Below, in pieces: positions 52,501-64,000 of a DNA stretch of 64,000 nucleotides. The translations under genes and the position numbers were made by a program. The notes beneath the pieces are model-generated. The model was given only the letters and a program-made list of their open reading frames with translations. It ran no database searches and was not told where the DNA came from. Origin of the DNA: Ophelia neglecta. Taxonomy: Eukaryota. The stretch spans positions 68,882,001-68,946,000 of the forward strand of contig OZ260662.1 of assembly GCA_965285935.1 (NCBI GenBank), in the 5' to 3' direction. Every line of letters begins with the position of its first letter. Position 1 is the first letter of the stretch.

Positions 52501-55500
52501 TAATCGATAAAAGGGCCTATGAATGAACATGCGTTTTTGTCTATTGGTGTTCGACACCTTCACTTTTTAAAACAGCGCCCAGCCATGACCGTTGCCTAAT
52601 AAGCCGCGCCGAGGATAGGCCTACATCGAGAGCGTCACTGATCATATTATGTGATATATTCGGTATTTTACGTTTTGTTTACTACTATTCCAGGACCATG
52701 AATTGCATGGATGAAAGGCGTATTATCACTTTATATAATGTGGCTCGCCCACCGTCAAAAATATGGTTTTCCATAAGGATAGAGAAGGAAGCAAAATATC
52801 CCTGCTCCGTCCTTTTATACTCGAGGGTAGTACTAAATACAGAGCTATTCATTTTAATCTGGAATCCTACGCTTCCATGTTGTTTCCCTTCGAAATGGAC
52901 AATCGACCTTCAAAGGGCACGCCTTCGGCTGGTATAATAGTCGCGACTGCGGTTCCTGAAACACCCAAAATCCATTCTGTCGCAACCAGCTTGCCCGACT
53001 AGAGGAACCAAAAGAAAAAGCGGTTCAACGATTCCTACTTGCCATCACAACAGCCGGAAATTTTGGGTATTCAAGGCATAAAAAGTGGCCAAAATAGTTT
53101 GTATACCCATATATTGCGCTTTCCCCCCTAACAAGTCAACCGACAGGCATAAAACGGAAATAAATTCTACATTGATCTTCCGCTATTGACTAATGAAAGG
53201 CTCACGTGGGATCCGTGGCGCTCTCGATATATCCGTGGCGCTCTCCATATATCCGTGGCGCTCTCCATATATCCGCGGCGCTCTCCATATATCCGCGGCG
53301 CGGCTCTTAGGCAACACACATCGCTGGGGCGGGTTTCCCAACAATGCCTTATCATTCCCCTAGACCTATTATACAGGTCACACTATCAGAAAAAATAGCT
53401 ACTTTTTGGTTTTCGCTACCGTGATTACTTGTTTTATTCATTTTTAATTTGTGATATAACTGTGTCATTCTAAATGTGACAAATGAACGCGATAATTATA
53501 AACCTGTTGTGAAGAATGATTTTAATATAGCTAGATCGTTTCAAATCCATTGTTAATGTAAATTTTCCAGGCTACAGTCCACTAGTCAAGCCGGACATAT
53601 CGAACGTATTTGCCACAGCGGCATTTCGATTTGGACACAGTCAGATCAGCAACTTTATGAAGTTAACCAGTGCTACGTACAGCCATAACCTGTACAGGAA
53701 AGAAAGTTCGGTAAACAAGTGCTTAAAATGTACCCCCTGCTAACGTTAATTTTACAATAACCTTGGTAATGTAAAGTGAATTTGGCACGTTGTGATATAA
53801 GACTGGAAAGAATTACCCACCACCCCTCACCAATCCACCCACCTGGGTAAATATTGAGGTCAACTGGGCGATATTCTGGTGCAGCAGGTTTTCTCTTCAT
53901 TCGCGTCGACCTCTATTGAATAAATAATTATACCAAAGCCTTGTAGAATGATGTTTCGACCTGATCTATATTGTTTTTATTTCGATTTAAGTGTACTTTG
54001 AAGTGCTTGTATGCGCAAAATCAGCAGTATACTGCCAAGAAACACCTGTATTTAGTCACCAAAAAACTTTGATTAAAAAAGGCGGCATAAAACCGGACAC
54101 GGTCTTTAGTTGTTACTTCACACCATGACTTTACAACCCTTCTTCAATGTGCATGTTTTTGCCAGATTTGCGCACACACCCTTACCCCAAACAAAGGACA
54201 AGAGGTTGAAATCGTGGGTATAATTATTTTATTACCTAGTTCCATAAAAAGGTCTAGGCCTGCGTGCTTCAGAAAACATTCTGCTGCTTGATTTTATTCT
54301 TGTAACTGTTAAAATTTAAAGGCTTCTGCAAGTCACCCATTCCCTTTCATATGGTTTTTTTGAAATAAGGAAACCATGTAAACGGTGTTTGGAGTCAGTA
54401 TAACAATAAAATTTGATTACGCAAATTTGTTATGTAAAAACAGAGATATTTACATGCATAGAAACTAGAGATCTAAGTGGTTTTATTGGGCGGGTTTTTG
54501 CTGGTAATATATGAGACAATACTAGACAAGCTGAAGGCAGGATTTTTTTCTGAGTTGCTGACAGGTGAAAACACGAGTTTGTTTATTACCGTCGCAAGGG
54601 ACAAAACAAAGGCGCCGTATGCATACAACGAAATATAAGCTCCGATTTTAGTTATCTCTGTTCCTCAATGAGGGTTAATAAACAAAACATTTATCCGGGG
54701 TTGTTGTTTCTGAAATTGAAATTTTATTTCCTGATTTATTTCATCGATTTTGTATTTATAACTTTTTATAGCTCAATGTTGCTTCCACTCAAATGAACAT
54801 GTTGATCTACTTTCAGTTCAACCATCGCCCTTATGCCGCTTACGACACTAATCTGCCTGGTGGGTCTGGAGTAGATTCGATGATGCTAGGTCACGTGTCA
54901 CAGGCTGCCCAGGACCCGGATCGACACTTCTCTAAACAGGTTTCAGCGCACCTTTTCAGTGAAAATCCTCCCGACGAACCCGGCACAGATCTCCCCAGTC
55001 TGAACACCCAACGGGGGAGGGACCACGGCCTGCCAGGTGATCAAGCCCCGACCTCGCCGAGTCAACGGCTTTATCAAATCATATTATATATCTATAGGAG
55101 AAAATGTAGGCCTAGTGAAGACGGTGGTTGCTTGTCCAAATAATGTCAGGTCACTGTTTTAGAGAGACGTGGCAAGCTTTTTATGCATAAAAGAGTATGC
55201 GTAATAAGCAGGAATCTTAGAATGGCATGCATAATAGTCTACCAATTTGACGAAATTAATATATAAACTGAGATATGAAGCCCCGCTAGTATAGCTAGAC
55301 GCCTGAACACGTTCATTTGTGTTGTTCCTCGAGTACACAATGTAGTTTCGTATTAATACGTGTTTGCTCGTCTAAGTACAAAAAATAACTTTGCTGTCTA
55401 CGTGACAGGTAGAAAATTCAGTCCATTTTGCCATATGGAGAATTTTATATATCAAGAAAAGTTGGCGGGGCCTTCTTCAGAAGATGCCTCGTGCCTTCGA

Positions 55501-58500
55501 ACTTTGTCAGCTTCCTTTACACACCACGAATTAGTCTTCAACACAATCTTATAGTGGTCATTGGACAGACGCTAAATCCTATAACATCTGTTTGTAAATT
55601 TGTTCTGAGAGTTCAGTTCCTCTGAGAGACACGTTCGGTTATCACCTGCCTTCACCACTGACAATAGGTGGCGTTCATATTACGAAGAACTAAATCAGGT
55701 CCGGCTTATTGTACCTTCGATTTTGGCATTGTATCCACACGAAACAGGTAGATGGCTACGAAATATCTACTGAATTTTTATTTGATCAGACAAAATACGA
55801 TTCTGTCCAATTATATTTGAGATATTTGCATTGAAAAATTCAGATAGAAGGCTGACGATAAAAAATTCAAAAGATAGATAGAAATTGAAATATGCACAGT
55901 GAAAATCAACCAATATGGGCATTGAAATCTATGTATAGGCAACAGGTCATAATGAAATTACTTATTTGGAAAACCCTTTCATACAGTATCCATCCTTGAT
56001 GGAGTTTTTCAGTCCCTTCAATGGTTGATAAGAAAAGGCCAGTTAAATAATTTCCTCGAGTTAATCCCCTGTTCACGTCTGTAATAAGGCCTACTAACCT
56101 CAGACAGACCACTGTTGCTTTAAATGAAATCAGACTTTAGAGTGAGACATGTGGCTTTGTACGGCAGTCTGAAATACCTCGGGCTAGCCCTGTTGTTTTT
56201 TTATTATAGCCTGTAGAAAGATAGAGGGGCTAAAACACTAAGTCCTATTAAGGTTCACATTTATTGGATATAGACTTTTTTTTACTAATGCGTGGGTTGA
56301 TTTTATTTTTATTTGCCAGATGCTTTTATCTTCATTTCGGAGGTTTGATTTTCATTTCTAATGAGATATCCTGGTGTCGTTTTGGGGATGCCTGGCACGC
56401 TGTTCAAACATTTCGTTTGTGTACTTCTCTTGCGGAAAGCTAACAAAGAACTATGCATAATACATAATATACATTACTAATTTATAAAAACTTAATATTC
56501 TTGTGGAATAGCGAACATAATTAGCCTGCCATACATTATGACTGATTCTTATACACGAAGAACCCTTAGCACTGTTCCGGCCTCTCAAAGAGGATGAACA
56601 TGTGGGAGAGTAATATAAGCCTGCTCTAATATGAATTGTAGATTACCAAGAACTCAATAATTTCATTTTTAAAACTTATTAATTATGGCAAGCTTGCTGA
56701 ACACTCGAGTTAATTATTGGTCATTATGGGAGGTGATGGTCTTCGAAATTGTTCTTTAAACTAAAAGCTGAAACGGGGCACCGTAATGAACACTGTCATA
56801 TCCAAAAACAGCTTTTCACAAGCTTCTGTCACCAATACTACTTTCATTTTTTATATCGTAAATATTTTTTCAAGTTATGTTATTCTAATTCCCAAATTTA
56901 CCTTTGTTCTTTGATATGTTTATATATTTTACAAATTGATAAAACTGATTTTGGAAAACAAAACAAAAATGATATGCCTGTATGTTGGAGATGGACCTAC
57001 CACTTAAGATATATTTTAAAGAATTCGAACGTGCAATCCTCTTAACAATAAGTTTTAGGCTTTTTTAGCCGAAAACCCACTTATAGGCCTATCAAAGAAA
57101 GAGCATGTTGAAATACAATATTTACCAGTATATTTATGTTCAATAAACAAATTACCGCGTTCAACATTTAACTAACCACACCAAAAAGACTGCAGTGACC
57201 TATATAAATGCGATCGAGCTTGGAAACATTAGCACAGCCTTTAAGCAAAACGTGAACGGCGTTTACATACTCTCTACGAAATTGGAATTAGCAATGATAA
57301 TAGATACCATCACTATAATTATGGTTAAGGTTATGGAAATTTTGGTTCCCATCACAGGTTATTTACCTTAGCTTAAAATAACACGTTCAATAACCAAGAA
57401 ATCTGGGACTAGTATGAATATCAATATACTAGTCCCAGAAGAAATTAGATGTAAACATACATGAAAGGTATAGGCCTATATGTGTATTAAAACTTGACCA
57501 ATGTCTTCTTTCTATCGTAGGTTACGTTAAATGGCGGAGGTGGTGTGGCCTCTCTGTACCTACGTCATTTGCTGAGTTGACAGACATCCCCGCCGACGCC
57601 AAGGTCAAACTGGAGGCGCTCTATGAGTAAGTCCAAGCAAAGAACTGTACACTCTACTAACACAAAGTGTTTGTCTTAGTGCCGAGATTATTTTATCTTA
57701 TCTTTAACTTATTGTCCACGCAGACTGTTAACGTAGTTTCGAAGGTGTCACTATGTCGAGATATTTCCGAGTGAGCAACAGAGAGTTTATTCTAAAATAA
57801 GGTAGTTCCAACTTTTAATAACTCACTGCTGGTTTCTCGGCGCATAAAACCCTACGCCCTGGAGTGTTAGATATTAGTTAGCCCTGAGCTAGGAGTAATG
57901 AGAGGGATAAAAACTCAACTACGGCTCGTTTTCATCCCCCGTCCATGCATTGTTTATGAATTGGGCTATTGATTAAACGCCATTTATTTGTTTTGTCAAT
58001 GAAAATCTTAACTTTCAAAGCCGGCTTTCTTAGAGATATTTTGGATATGTTCGATTCACTACTACAATACCTTCCATGTATTTTTCCATAAATGCCTGTC
58101 CACTAAAGTTGTTTCTGTTTGTATTTTAGTGATGTAGCTGACATAGACCTGTATGCAGGCGGTATTAGTGAGAAGTGGGTACCAGGAGGTATGGTTGGGC
58201 CTACCTTTGGCTGTATTATTGGACAGCAGTTCCATGATCTGCGAGTATCAGACAGGTTTTGGTACGAGCGACGAGACAGCATTCATGGACTGAGGACAGG
58301 TCATTACTTCAATTTTGTTCTGTTAAAGCTGTCTTTTTTATTTTTCTTCTGATCACGATATAAGCAAAACCCGAAAAGGAAATTATTACGAGACTACAAC
58401 TTAGCCAACTGGCCAGACTCTTCTACTGAGTAGTAGTTGGTAGAAGACGAGTTATCAAGCTACCAAGGTTCTGGCTTTTTAATCTCCTTCTAGCTTAATA

Positions 58501-59124
58501 CGTTAAAATTGTCTTTGAAATGTAAATTAATGTTTTTGATGTCCATTTTATAATCGAGAAAACTACCAATCCGATATAGGCCTACGTTAGCGGACTTTTT
58601 TTTCGCAACCTTTTTTGCTATTCTTTATAATAGCCCCTATCTGCAAATGTTTGTAGCCTAGAATACATATTGTTGGTTATAAGGTGTTTTTGACTTTGAG
58701 TTCTTCATTGTGGTGATTCAATATTTCAGATCAGATTAAAGAGATACGGAAATCATCGCTCTCCAGAATCCTTTGCGATAATTTAGATCACATAAAACTT
58801 ATACAGCGATGGTCTCTTCTTCGGCCGCTCTCGTCCGCATTTGAAGGCATGTCGTAAGTATTCAGTTATCTTTTTAGTGCTAAGCAGACGACTCAGAGAC
58901 GGTGAGTAGTACGATCATCTTTGTCACGACTAATGTGTTGATATTGTGGGCGTAGGTTTTTTTAATTTAGTTACCGTTTGATTAGTTGTTTTAACTTCTT
59001 CAGGCCAGGATCTTTCCAGGAGCTGTTCAGTTTAGTGACATTATATCGGGGGGACAACAACGCAATAAGACCATGTGGATACATCCCCACAGTAAATTTG
59101 TGGAGATGGAGAACAGCCGATTAA
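43568..59124 (+). CDS. chitin-binding (CBM14) animal heme peroxidase PxC (~842 aa)
   Basis: 15 exons: 43568-43590, 44954-45003, 47052-47264 (CBM14), 47750-47878, 48075-48192, 48471-48742, 49405-49767, 51317-51541, 52199-52453 (GC donor), 53571-53710, 54817-55036, 57521-57626, 58130-58299, 58730-58853, 59004-59124 (2529 nt, in frame). Most exon lengths equal those of PxB. Motifs: [34 protein letters not shown]. Confidence 0.92.
47052..47264 (+). other. CBM14/peritrophin-A chitin-binding domain exon of PxC
   Basis: FCSVRARGSYPYHGDCGRYILCEDRRSSILNCPNHAPNFDPTSRACDESFIC has six Cys. The exon is phase 1-1, 213 nt. Confidence 0.88.
48905..49096. mobile_element. palindromic MITE-like insert in PxC intron 6
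   Basis: 12-bp perfect inverted ends AAAATAGAGGTT/AACCTCTATTTT, plus an inner inverted pair CTGTCGTAGTACTTAGTCAT / ATGACTACTAGGACAG. Confidence 0.55.
52576..53331. mobile_element. TIR element remnant in PxC intron 9
   Basis: GTTGCCTAATAAGCCGCGCCGAGGAT (52591-52616) is inverted at 53291-53315. Flanking CGCCCAGCCATG pairs imperfectly with CATCGCTGGGGCG. Confidence 0.6.
53211..53300. repeat. minisatellite, 20-bp unit x4.5
   Basis: ATCCG(T/C)GGCGCTCTCCATAT is repeated in tandem. Confidence 0.95.
57402..57439. repeat. perfect 14-bp inverted repeat with a 10-nt spacer
   Basis: TCTGGGACTAGTAT-gaatatcaat-ATACTAGTCCCAGA. Confidence 0.85.
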
Positions 59125-60184
59125 GTTAAATTTGGAGGTGGTAGACTGATAAATACTAAAAACCCATGTGGCTGGATGTCCTTTTCTTCTGTTTCCCGGG
59201 TACTCTCTAGACACCTGCGTTATTGCATGCCTAGCGTCACCGTCTAACCTTGGAATGCACATTCCGTCAGTGCAGCCTGGCAAGTTCACCGCGCAGCTGC
59301 ACGGATAGTTTAGCGCCTACGTGGATATCTAATGGAGAGTATAAAATGAATGGTGACCTTTAGAGCTCCAATACAAGCCTATACATTTTCCTACTGTCCT
59401 TTTCTTCCCGATTCCGTAATGCACGGATTGCGCTCTTGTGTTTGGTTGTCAGCCTTGTAATTAACCTTAGAGATTTACAGTGTAGTACGCCCTTATAATG
59501 TAAGGTTACCTCGGTAGACAAAGCGGTGTACCATAATACAACTCTAAGGCCGTAGTTTGGAATACCTTAAGTCACTTGCTTACAATTCGTTAGAGGTGCA
59601 ATTTTGTAGCTAGAATCTGTTTTAAATTAGAACCAGTAACGGTATGCATTGCTACACCATCATAATTACAATTAATCCGGAAACTCCTACATTTTTTATG
59701 TTTAATACTACTGTAATTAATCAATCTTGATTAATTTTGCCTAACGTTGTTTTTAAAGAGGCATACGAGTCGGTAGGATAGTTGATGTTAACTACTCAGA
59801 TAAAAAACAAAAATCCTATGTCAGGTAACGCTGTAGTAGTATGCACAGCGCTCGTTTTTGCTAGGCAGCGTCGCTCTGGGGGAAAAATATTGACGGCAGC
59901 CACATCGTATATGCTCAGTTTGTTAAAGCTGTCTGGAAACGACTTCACATCCAATGTCGCGATCTGGAGATTTACCTCATTGTCAATCACCAAACTACGC
60001 GACTTTCTCAGCGAGTTTTGTGTTCTCTGAATTATCTGGAAAGATACAGTTATCATAACACGGACACTGCTGGCAGGACTGACAAGTCTGAGCAGTCTAA
60101 AGCCGGAGGTTCTGCTTATTTCTAGCAACATATACCTGGAATGAAAATTTTTAAGGAGTCGAAAGCGGAATTTAGTTTTATCTA

Positions 60185-60362
60185 CAGTGAGACCTGTGAA
60201 TTAAGACCACCCAAGGGACTGGAAAATACTGGTCTGATTGCAGAGGTGGTCTGTTTAGGCAGGTTATTTAACATTGAATTTATACATTACGGTTCTCATA
60301 ATAGTGGTCTGAATTGGCAGGTGGTCTGATTATAGAGGTGGTCTTTAAGCCAAGTTCCACTG
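60185..60362 (+). mobile_element. pogo/Tigger-type MITE, copy 3
   Basis: TA|CAGTGAGACCTGTGAATTAAGACCACC ... TTCCACTG|TA, colinear with the copy at 3022-3198. Confidence 0.8.
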
Positions 60363-62697
60363 TATATTGCTTCAGATGAACTGATGATTTGTCGATATTT
60401 GTAAAAATATGCCCCAAATTTAGATCGACCTAGTCAAAACTGTATTCAGGGTTGAAGCGGGTATCGAACTTTACATAGCTTGACAAATACTCTGTTGAAA
60501 GAGCTAGGTGAGGCTCCTCTTGTAGGAAATATTACATTTCCAACCATCTATTATAGTCATCCGAAGATTATGAGCAGAAGAAAAATGAAAGCTTACAAAT
60601 TTATCCAGGATTTTCTGAATTTTGTAGAAGGCCATCTTATGGAAATGGCATACAAAACATTGGCACTTCAATACAGGATGATTATATTTTGTTATTTTTT
60701 TAGAACACTGTCGAAGCAGAATAAATATTTGTCTGAATGTGGGTACTATGCCTTACCCGGATTGAGGCCGGGAGTCATGGCTCGACTCGGTGAAGATTAG
60801 CGAGGCACATCATCCTATAATAGGGTTTCCCTGCAAAATAGCCATTTCATCTGAAATCGCCGACTGAAACGCGCTTTTCAGTGAACTTTCTAGCTTCATT
60901 CAGACTTATTCATTCAGGAAAATTTAGAGAGCAACGAGTGTTAGGGATTTTTATATTCACAAGCAAGTTAACTAGTACTGTTTAGGTAATATGGGACAGA
61001 GATAACCAGAAACAGCATTCAATAAAATAGGACAAGTGCTATAAAGGCTCATTTTTCGAAAAAAAAAGCTTTTCAATGGAGAAGATAGCTACCTTCAAGC
61101 GGACTATTTTTGAACACATCATAGTAGGAGTGTCAAATTATAGTGGAAATTTCGTTAAGATGTGATATCTGCTACCCACGTGTGTTTGTGGATTACGTTG
61201 CAGTATTTTTGCACTTCACAGTATAGAAACAATACACTTCGTCAGAGTCAAATCTAATGTACTTCTGGATATGATGCCATTGTACATGTGACATCAACAT
61301 TACATTAAAATAAACGTTATGTTTTCTTCTAATATCCAAGTGTCGTATTGAATTTATTAAGAAATAAAAGTAGCGAACAATAATAGGTTTCGTTTTTCTT
61401 CTTTAAAATAGAGGCATTCGAATACGCTTTGAAATAATGATAACTATATCAAATAATTTATATCGTGCTTTTACAATACCTATTCATATATTTATAGTGG
61501 AATATTTTGCCACACATGTCATAATAATGTATTTTTTCCTTGTCATGGGTTGGAGAATTTATCACTACAGTTAGATTACGTAAGAAGTCTTATATCTTTC
61601 AAATAACTATGCTTTTCTAGGCACGGGTATCACGTACAAGCCATTTCGCCAGTAGGCTGCCACCACAGCTAGGGAAAACACCCATCAAAAAAGCATTTCT
61701 TAAATAATGAAATATTTGTTTGAGAAATATGTATTTGATCCATTTTTCAACATTAAAGCAAGAACATGCACTGTTTACTGATTAATAACCTTTTCCAATA
61801 AAGACAGATTTTCAATTTTGTATTTAGTCTACAAAACTTATTAACCGATGGAATTTCTTTTGAAATAAAATATGTCAGGTTTTATCTTTTCACAAACTGG
61901 GGTTAATTGTTTGTGCGTTCCAACCAGAGCAGTGAATTCCAGTTCTGCTTAGCCAATTAGGTTCGCGCTTGCTCCAGCTGTCAAGGGAGCAGTTCGTCTG
62001 CGCTTGATTTTGGTTTTGGATTATTAAGAAATGCACCCTTAATATGTTTTTCCTTTTTATACACTGGCGCATGTGCGGAAACTCCTATGTAAAGTCCAGC
62101 TGGGGTTGTATGGGTTATATTTACTGAAAACTGAGAGGCTTGAAACATTTTTTACGAAGTCGGTAGAAGCAGGGAGATCCATTTGTTTAAAAAATGACAA
62201 GATATATATGACGTACGGAAATATTGAAGTCCTACTAATATTTAAAACACACGATGTTTTTGTCCTTTTTTGTTTTAGGCGAGGAGCACGGTCATGGAAG
62301 TATATTAAGCTCTATAGGCCAGAGACAGTTCTTAGACTTCAAATCAGTTAACACTGTACATGCAGCGATTATATCAATCATCAAATGTGATATAATATTA
62401 TAATGTTGTTGTACATTTTGGAAGGTAATATACATGGTGATTACTAACGCTCCTAACATTTGTATCAAAAGATAGACTATTTGTAGTTGTCTTTAAAACA
62501 AGATGGCTGACAAAAAATAATTGGGCAAAAGATCAACCCTTTTTTCCACGTTCGTTTTCACCACATATTCTACTACATTTCTTTATGACAAATAGCTATA
62601 TACCTGCTTTTACCTTTAGTCAATAACATTATTTTTATTATTACAAACAAAGCAAAGTTGTTATTTATATACAAAGTAAATGGAAATATTTAAGTTT

Positions 62698-63366
62698 TCA
62701 AGCTAGGTTTGTGTTGAAGAAGTTTACAAGGCGATCCATTGCCAACTTTGCGAGGTCCTTATTGTGTGCCGGATTCGATGGGTCGACAAAAGCATGTCCG
62801 GCGTCATAAGTGTGGAACTCGTGCTTCACACCGGCAGAAGTTAGTTTTTCCTTTAAAGCCTCGTAATCTTTTGGGGAGGAGAAACCCACGACTTTGTCAT
62901 GTTCCGCGAAGTGGCACTGAAGAGGCACGCTTATTTTGGTGACGTCACATAGCTCTTCTGTAGGTATGCCATAAAAAGGAGCGGCAGCGCCGATCTCTGG
63001 TACTAGTACTGCGGCTGCCAGGGAGAGGGCGCCACCCATGCAAAATCCAGTGACGCCAACCCGACTACATCCATTGGCTAACAAATATTTAGCTGCTCCT
63101 TGGATGTCCTTCACCGCCCCTGGCCAGTCAAGATCCCCACTATAGTGCCGAGCCGTTTCGTTATCAATAGCAACTTTTCCACGGTAAAGATCGGGCACCA
63201 GTATAGTATAGTTTCCAAGGCGGGAGATGTCTGCACCCTTTTCTTTGATTTGCTGGTTCATTCCCCACCATGCCTGGAGAACTATAACTCCGATCTTACC
63301 ACCTTGTACGAAAAACCCTGGACAGTCGCCGAGAGCATTATCACTGCTAAACTGGACAAGAGACAT
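62698..63366 (-). CDS. dienelactone hydrolase family protein (carboxymethylenebutenolidase / Usf-like), single coding exon, 222 aa
   Basis: Motifs: VLQAWWG, VPDLYRG, nucleophile elbow GVTGFCMGG, PFYG, HFAEHD (acid) and AGHAF (His). The reading frame is uninterrupted. Confidence 0.93.
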   Translation of the reverse strand: MSLVQFSSDNALGDCPGFFVQGGKIGVIVLQAWWGMNQQIKEKGADISRLGNYTILVPDLYRGKVAIDNETARHYSGDLDWPGAVKDIQGAAKYLLANGCSRVGVTGFCMGGALSLAAAVLVPEIGAAAPFYGIPTEELCDVTKISVPLQCHFAEHDKVVGFSSPKDYEALKEKLTSAGVKHEFHTYDAGHAFVDPSNPAHNKDLAKLAMDRLVNFFNTNLA

Positions 63367-63559
63367 CTTGGGGAACTCTGTAATTGCGTAAAAACAAGGT
63401 CTTTACGTACAATACCATTTATATGCAACACCGTTATACATAGATATTTTGAATCCATGCTGTCCGGAAACTTTAGATAACATTATTACCTCATTTATGA
63501 ACTATGGTTAATTACCTTTGACTACTTTTGTTTTGTTGTGATTTTCACGAGGTTAAGGA

Positions 63560-63860
63560 TTCACTCATTGACAACGGTCATACATTAAAATGACAGCCCT
63601 TTGGTCTGAGTGATCTGTTGAATCAGGTTTCAAGTTATAGCACATATGAACTTTGCTTAGAGATCTACTGACACACACTATGTTGCTAATGTTGACTTGA
63701 CATAATGAATATTCTATTAAAAATATTTGACAAGTCTCAACACTTGTAATTCAACAAACCATGTTTGGTATTGCACAACTATATGAGCGGACATAAACTA
63801 AAATAGTTGCTAATATTTGTTTCATGGTTCTCCACTGTATACTTGTTGATATTGCCATGC
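63560..63860 (-). mobile_element. fragment related to the internal region of the intronic Helitron (30070-30540)
   Basis: Shared words appear in the same order: TCACTCATT, AAAATGACAGCCCTTTG, ATTTGACA.GT.TCAACACTTGTAA, TACTTGTTG. Confidence 0.5.
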
Positions 63861-64000
63861 CTGTTGTTCTATAGTAAGGAATGGACTTTTAAGAATTATT
63901 AGATTAGTGGATTTTTTCACCATTTAGTTCAATTCATTAATTATTTATATATTATATGAGTTAAACCGCTTTATAAATTATGAAACTACTTTTAAAAGCA

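Noticed and set aside
53211-53300. CRISPR-like short repeats and overlapping ORFs
   Set aside because: This is a head-to-tail 20-bp minisatellite within a TIR remnant, with no spacers.
21729-59124. PxB/PxC as a haplotype or assembly duplication
   Set aside because: The introns are unrelated in length and sequence and most exons are strongly diverged, so they are true paralogues.
59782-60131. Overlapping ORFs on both strands downstream of PxC
   Set aside because: No recognisable motif or consistent exon chain was found. Left unassigned, possibly 3' UTR or a repeat remnant.

Overview
AT-rich, intron-rich animal genomic DNA. The repeat types and gene families suggest a marine invertebrate, probably lophotrochozoan (inference). 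I assembled five genes by hand from splice signals, and every model keeps frame. (1) A 5-exon secreted protein (+, 6786-9028) has a fibrinogen-like N-terminal motif, an unassigned central domain and a C-terminal PAN/apple-like domain. (2-4) Three animal heme peroxidases form a cluster: PxA (-, 10384-17980) carries a Gly/Asn/Gln and Pro/Thr insert, while PxB (-, 21729-36506) and PxC (+, 43568-59124) lie head-to-head and each has an N-terminal chitin-binding CBM14/peritrophin-A exon. (5) An intronless dienelactone hydrolase-family gene (-, 62698-63366). Repeats include two Helitron-family elements, a DINE/HINE-like element carrying about 18 copies of a 140-bp satellite, a CR1/L2-like RT relic and several MITEs. 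The most notable signals are the chitin-binding peroxidase pair, apparent gene-conversion tracts over their distal heme-pocket exons, and active-site substitutions in PxA and the hydrolase. No database searches were possible, so novelty is unverified.
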